DNA of 64,000 nucleotides from Elephas maximus (taxonomy: Eukaryota), in contig NC_064828.1 in assembly GCF_024166365.1 (NCBI RefSeq), forward strand, positions 30,503,814-30,567,813, read 5' to 3'. Every line of letters begins with the position of its first letter. The first letter of the stretch is position 1. Shown here piece after piece: positions 58,351 to 64,000 of the stretch. The notes beneath the pieces were generated by a model. The model worked only from the letters and a program-made list of their open reading frames with translations. It made no database searches and had not been told where the DNA came from. The translations under genes were made by a program, and so were the position numbers.

Positions 58351-60056
58351 TCCTGAAATACAATTCATAATGTAACTTACCTACACACAATTTTAAAAAT
58401 TAAAAAAAATGTCCTATGTATATATAAAGGAATACTAGAAGGAAGGCTATTTATAATAAAATACTGTGTGTTTAGATTTGTAAATACTTGGCATGACATT
58501 CAAGAAGACAACTCAGATGCTTGCATCTCTGTACAGAATCACCTTGAATGTAACAGCTACAAATGCAGACTGATACGGACGTGTTGTGATGGTGATCCAA
58601 ATACCGTGAACGAAGTTGGTGATGTGGCATGATTTTCCAAAATGATGAATAATCTTTGGCAAATTTTCAAACAAAAAAAAGTATGATCTTGCTATGATTT
58701 TTCATGGTAGTTATATTCCTGGGAAGTTCAATGTATGTTAAAAGTACACAAAATGCCTGGTATCTATATTTAGAATAAAGTTAGATATTATACACAGATT
58801 ACAATGGGTTTTCAGCTACATGAATGACTGGCAAGTCATTCAAAATTGTCTGAGATGCAGGTTACCTAATGCATAGCAATTTCAGATCCTGCCTATTAAA
58901 TGCCTATAATAATCCCAATCATTGTGACAACCAAAAGAAAATGCTTCCATACATTTCTAAAACACCCCTTAGGGGTGATTACTGCCCTTATTGAGCACCT
59001 CCATTGGGGGTCAATCATGAGGGAAGGGGAGGAGTTTCCTTAAGAAAGGGTGAAGGAGCACAAGACCTAAGAGATCGGAAAGAATATGCTGTGAGAACCC
59101 ACCCAGAGGGACATCAAAAGACAGGTCTGGCAGTCTGCTTCCAAAAAGACACAGCCTTGAAAACCCTATGGATCAGTTCCACTCGCGCACGGGGTCATCA
59201 TGAGTCAGAATTGAATCTATGGCAACTAACAACAACATGTAGCATATTAGAATCCCAGGGTTGCAGAACCACCCTCCCCCCACCACCCACCAAAAAAAAA
59301 GAAGAGGCTGTGAAATGAGACTCAAGTAAGGGGCAGACTGAAGAGAAGGAGGTATGAATAGAGGCCTAAGTAAGGCCACTTTCTCCTTGCAATATACCTT
59401 AGATAATTATCCCAACTTCAGGACCTGTCTGTGGGCACTAACTGCCCCGTCAGTGATAGGACAGCAAATGCAGTTACCTCATTTTAAACCAACAAGGTTT
59501 TAATCATCTTATCTGAGAGACTGGTGATACAGGAAGGATAGTGTGTGGGATAAAGAACTTGGCTTGGCCTTTGTCTCTGGTTTCTGAAAATAGCCTTCCG
59601 AATTGCCCAGCAATCTAAGTTGTCTTTGTTTTCTAAAATAGCCAGGCAACACTTAAACACAGGTAAGTGAGTTGGGAACCCCCAACCCCACTCTGGCAAC
59701 AGACCTTAGAAAGGCAAGGGGCATGATACAGTCAATCATGCATATTCATTGATTAGATCAATCACAACTAAGCCTTAAGGCACTGGTCCTAAATAGTTAT
59801 TAAGGCCCCAAGGACTAAGGGACCCTGGACCTTGGAGCTCTCTCTTTGGGGGCTTCCTGAGTTGGTAAGAACATCATGCAAGGGATAGGGTGGCATGTCC
59901 CTGGGGACAATGGAACCCCTGTGGCAGAAATTCTTCCAGTCCTTGCCTAATGTGTCTCTGCTTGTATACCTTCTTATGGCTTCATGGTCTCATGAAGAAG
60001 ACACACGTATATATAAGACACAAAAATACGTGTTGTGATAAGTACTATATTAGACT

Positions 60057-60250
60057 GGAGCCCTGGTGTCACAGTGGTTAAGCACTTGGCTGCTAACCAA
60101 AAGGTTGGCAGTTGGAACCTATCAGCTGCTCTACAGTAGAATGATGTGGCAGTCTGCTCCCAGAAAAATTATAGCCTTGGAAACCCTATGGGGGCAGTTC
60201 TACTCTGTCCTATAGGGTCTCTATGAGTTGTCAATGGGTTTACAATGTTA
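60057..60250 (+). mobile_element. AfroSINE, + orientation.
   Basis: SINE consensus. Confidence 0.85.
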
Positions 60251-60726
60251 GACTGAGGAACAAACTACGGGATTAAGTGGGGGAAGGGACCTCAGCCAAC
60301 TTCCTGGAGGAGATAGACTTTAAACTGGGAAGGGCAGCCCTCTGGTAGAAAGGTCATTGGTTTCACCTGATTTTTTTTCTCCTGTGTGAATAACGATCTT
60401 TGGATGCATAACATGTTTCTTTTGAATTTAACCACATGGCACTTTAAAGCGTCACACAAGCTGCAACATGTGGAGAAGCACTTACTTAAACCTTAGTAAA
60501 TTAGCACCTCAGAGAAGCCTTCTAAGCCATCTGAAAGCAGCAGCAGCCAATCAGCAGATTACAAGAACCTCAAGGCCTTCTCCCTTCTGACTAAAAACAA
60601 CTCTGCATTTGGTCTCTGCTCTGTTGACATGTACCTACATCTTTCTACACCTTCCTTCAAAGAACATTCATTCCCCACTGTGAGCCATCCTTCCCTGACA
60701 AACCTCCCTTATGAGGTAGATTAAAA

Positions 60727-60895
60727 CCAATCCAAAGCAAACTTATTGCTGTCAAGTCGATTCCAACTCATAGCAACCCTATAGGACAGAGTAGAACTGC
60801 CCCATGGGGCTTCGAAGGAATGGCTGGTGGATTCAAACTGCCAATCTTTTGGTTAGCAGCTGAGCTCTTAATCACTATGCCACCAGGGCTCGGAA
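60727..60895 (-). mobile_element. AfroSINE, - orientation, followed by an A-rich tract.
   Basis: SINE consensus in reverse complement. Confidence 0.85.
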
Positions 60896-62424
60896 GTAGA
60901 TTAAAAAAAAAAAAAAAAAAAAGATTAAAGAAGGCCACAAAATCTTTGCTGATCTTCCCATTGAGGAAAAAAAAAAAAATGAGAACTGTAGTCTAATTCC
61001 TCACTTCTGGAATCTGGGCTAACCTAGTTACTTGCTTGACCAATATAATGTGGTGGAAGTGACATTCTAGGACTTCCTAGGCTAGGTCATAAGAAGCCTT
61101 GTACCTTTCACCCAGGACTCCTGGAAAGTCCCTCTGGGAGCCCTGAACTACCAAGAAGTCCAACTACCCTGAGACTCCCAAACTGATGAGGCCATGTATA
61201 GGTGCTTCAGTTAACAATCCCAGCTGAGCCCAGCCTTACAGCCATCCCCACCTGGCCACTGGATATGTGAACAAAGCTTTCTAGGACCCTCCAGGCCAGC
61301 CCTTCTACCAGCTGAATACCACCAAGTAACTTCTATCAATGACACATGAAAGAGAAGAATCATCTAGTCAATCCCTACCTAATTTTAAGTGAAATTGATA
61401 ATGCATAAAATCATGAGATATAATAAAATATTTATTGTTTTAAGCCACTAAGTTTTGGGGCAGTTCGTTATGAAGCAATAGGTAACTGAAATACTAGACC
61501 TACAAAATTTAAGACTAGTTTACACCAGGTTACTAGTGTATAGTACGGTCCTCTCACTACCCCTAAACATTTATAATTACCTAATTCCTGACACTTTGGG
61601 TTGGTGCAATAGTTCCATGTAGTGGAATTGCTCATCTTGAGAGGTAGGTCACCTGACCTATGTGGCAAGCATATTCAGCCTGGGCAAGGAGTCTCAGATC
61701 CATGCAATTGATGATACTCACTCATCCTTCATTCAACAAATATTTATTGATCACCTAGTATTGATTGGTGTTATCAAATTAGTTAATATCCAAACTAACC
61801 TCTAGGATGTTGTGCAGTGAAGTTACATTCCCCAGAGTTAGGGGAATTATGTCGATCCATAGGATTCAGTATTCCCTACTACCTTTTTACCTTAGTATCT
61901 GGTCTTTATAACCAGGAGATGGCCCTGTTTCTCAGCCTAAAGAGGTTTTGGGAAGAGATCTCTGCATATGGTAATAAATAGACTTAGTGTGTTTCTCCCA
62001 TGTTGTTGTTGTTTGGTGTCATCGAGTCAATTTTCAACTCAAAGACCCCATGTAACAGAGTAGAACCGCCCCGTAGGTTCTCCTAGGCTGTAATTTTTAT
62101 GGTCTTACAATGAATAAGGAAGACTGAAGAAGAAATGAAGCGTTTGAATTATGGTATTGGCAAAGAATATTGAATATACCACAGACTGCCAAAAGAATGG
62201 ACAAATCTGTCTTAGAAGAAGTACAGCCAGAAACTCATTAGAAGTGAGAATGTACTTTGGACATGTTATCAGGAGGGATAGTCCCTAGAGAAGGACATCA
62301 TGCTTGGTAGAGTGTCAGTAAAAAAGAGGAAGACCCTCAATGAGATGGACTGACACAGTGGCTACAACTATGGGCTCAAGCATAACAACCATTGTGAGGA
62401 TGACACAGGACTGGGCAGCATTTA

Positions 62425-62595
62425 GTTTTGTTATACATAGGTCATGAGTCAGAATGAACTTGATAGCATTCTTTATGGAAACAGATCATCAGGTCTTTCT
62501 CCCACTGAGCCACTGGGCGAGTAGGAACTGCCAACCTTTCAGTCTGCAGCCAAGAGCTTAACCTCTGTGCCCCCAGGGCTCCTTTTATGTTGCTC
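62425..62595 (-). mobile_element. AfroSINE-related SINE, - orientation. A shorter fragment lies at 62015..62105.
   Basis: cttgatagcattctttatggaaacagatc...agccaagagcttaacctctgtgcccccagggctcc. Confidence 0.75.
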
Positions 62596-63149
62596 CCATA
62601 GATCTTCTATCTTTTGTGTGAAATATTAATGTCAACTTCCACTCCCTTTTTGGGGCACTGGTTAAAGAGCATAAGCACTAAGTAACAACTGCTGACTAAA
62701 ATCCAATCAAAAGGTTTCTTTAGTACCTGCTCCATGCTTATTAGCAAATATGTTTGAACATGCTAAGGAAGTAGAGGCCATTTTGAGTGGCAGTATTTAA
62801 GATTTGTAACAGCAATAAAAATTTGCCCAAGTATAGAAATCACTCTAGCCTCCCTCAGTATGTTAGAGCACTAATCTCTGAGTTCCCTTTCTTAGGCACA
62901 CTCTAGAGGCTGCTGTAAGACCTATGGGAACTGTGCAACCATTTAAGTTAAGAGGGGTTTACATTGTTGCTTTGCTTTTGGAAAATCTGTAAAAAGAAAA
63001 AGTGAAGCCATCTGGTCTGGAGGGGAGAGACTAGAACAGTTATTAAGATCAGGTAATCTCTTAGCATAGACTCTTGTGAGGGCCTGAGAAGAAGAGTTCC
63101 ATGCTGTTGACTAGTGATTCCTAGAGGTTCTGAACAGATAGAGCAATTC

Positions 63150-63680
63150 TGCCCATCATAGATTGAATTGTGTCCTCCAAAAATATGTGTACCAATTTGG
63201 CTAGGTCACAATTTCCAGCATTGTGTGATTGTTCGCCATTTTGTCATCTGGTGTGATTTCCCTGTGTTATAAATCCTATCTTTATGACGTTAATGAGTTG
63301 GGATTAGTAGCAGTTATGTTAATGAGGCAGGACTCAATCTTCAAGGTTAGATTTTGTCTTAATCTAATTTCTTTTGAGATATAAAAGAGCAAAGCAAGCA
63401 GAGAGACAGGGGGACCTCATACCATCAAGAAACTAGAGCCAGGGGAATAACACATCCTTTGGATCCAGGGTCCCTGCGCTGAGAAACTCCTAGATCAGGG
63501 GAAGATTGATGACAAAGACCTTCCTCCAGAGCTGACAGAGAGAGAAAGGCTTCGTCTGGAGCTGGCACCCTGAATTCGGACTTCTAGCCTCCTAGACTGT
63601 GAGAGAATAAATTTCTCTCTGTTAAAGCCATCCACTCTGGTATTTCTGTTATAGCAGCGCTAGATAACTAAGACACTGCC
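63150..63680 (+). repeat. Second copy of the same interspersed repeat family as 5597..6056.
   Basis: Intra-window similarity. Confidence 0.6.
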
Positions 63681-64000
63681 TGTGGCCTGCTAGCCACCTA
63701 TCTACCAGTTGGAGACAAATATGCTCTTATTCCCTAACTACTCATTCATTTCTCATTGGACAGTTGGTTCAAAGGGTGTGAATAACTTGCCCAAGTTCAA
63801 ATAGCTTATTAATGGCAGATCTGGGTCTAGAACACAAATCTCTTGATTCACAGTCCAGTGCTTTACCACAGGAGCACCTGCTCCCTTTGATGTTTCTCTG
63901 GCATTAACACCTACAAAAGACCACTGTTAAAATGAACTATTGCCCTGGAGGCTTTTTTCGTAAACATCTTAAAGGAGTGATCAGTGGTCCACAAGTCTTG

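Noticed and set aside
61590-61615. ttgggttggtgcaatagtt resembling a mariner/Hsmar-type inverted-repeat start (ttaggttggtgcaaaagtaatt)
   Set aside because: The similarity extends only about 15 nt. No matching inverted partner or internal mariner sequence is found nearby.
1-64000. Search for prokaryotic-style systems (CRISPR arrays, operons, toxin-antitoxin, integrases)
   Set aside because: None found. Gene structure is spliced eukaryotic, the sequence is CpG-depleted with a single CpG island, and SINE/LINE content marks this as mammalian nuclear DNA. The novel-system premise does not apply to this window.

Overview
This window is mammalian nuclear DNA, almost certainly from an afrotherian genome (elephant-like). 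The evidence is dozens of tRNA-derived AfroSINE copies (ggagccctggtggcgcagtggttaagagc...gagtcggaatcgactcgacggcaac) and LINE-1 elements sharing a characteristic 3' tail. There is no bacterial or phage content, CRISPR array, operon or novel defence system. The ORF track is mostly exon fragments plus read-through artefacts. Two known protein-coding genes sit tail to tail, in the same order as the human chr14q11.2 synteny. (1) The 3' half of PARP2 is on the + strand: nine coding exons (888..4203) encode the regulatory and catalytic PARP domains, matching human PARP2 residues ~215-583 almost residue for residue, with stop at 4201-4203 and AATAAA at 4212-4217 and 4281-4286. The 5' exons lie upstream of the window. 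(2) The whole coding region of TEP1 (telomerase-associated protein 1 / vault protein) is on the - strand. The ATG-containing exon is 42635..43111 and carries three 30-aa N-terminal repeats. Moving to lower coordinates come the TROVE-region exons (~28.8-41.5 kb), the NACHT P-loop exon (GQSGQGKT, 23482..23676), the Walker-B exon (LVLIIDGVD, 22934..23090), a long series of WD40 exons (~8.3-21 kb) and the terminal exon 7964..8086 with stop at 7964-7966. I fixed 22 TEP1 exons to the nucleotide by checking AG/GT splice sites and reading frame. About 20 more are located only approximately from ORF-track peptides. A splice acceptor 24 nt upstream of the TEP1 ATG implies a non-coding exon 1. The only CpG island in the window (~55.88-56.31 kb, with an Sp1-like GC box) is the best candidate promoter. 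The remainder is interspersed repeats. There is a nearly full-length L1 (~45.97-54.46 kb) with nested insertions inside TEP1 intron 1, several L1 3' fragments, more than 30 AfroSINEs (including an inverted pair and a three-copy head-to-tail array), a 50-bp-period minisatellite (4935..5360) in the PARP2/TEP1 convergent intergenic region, and a (GT)n microsatellite.
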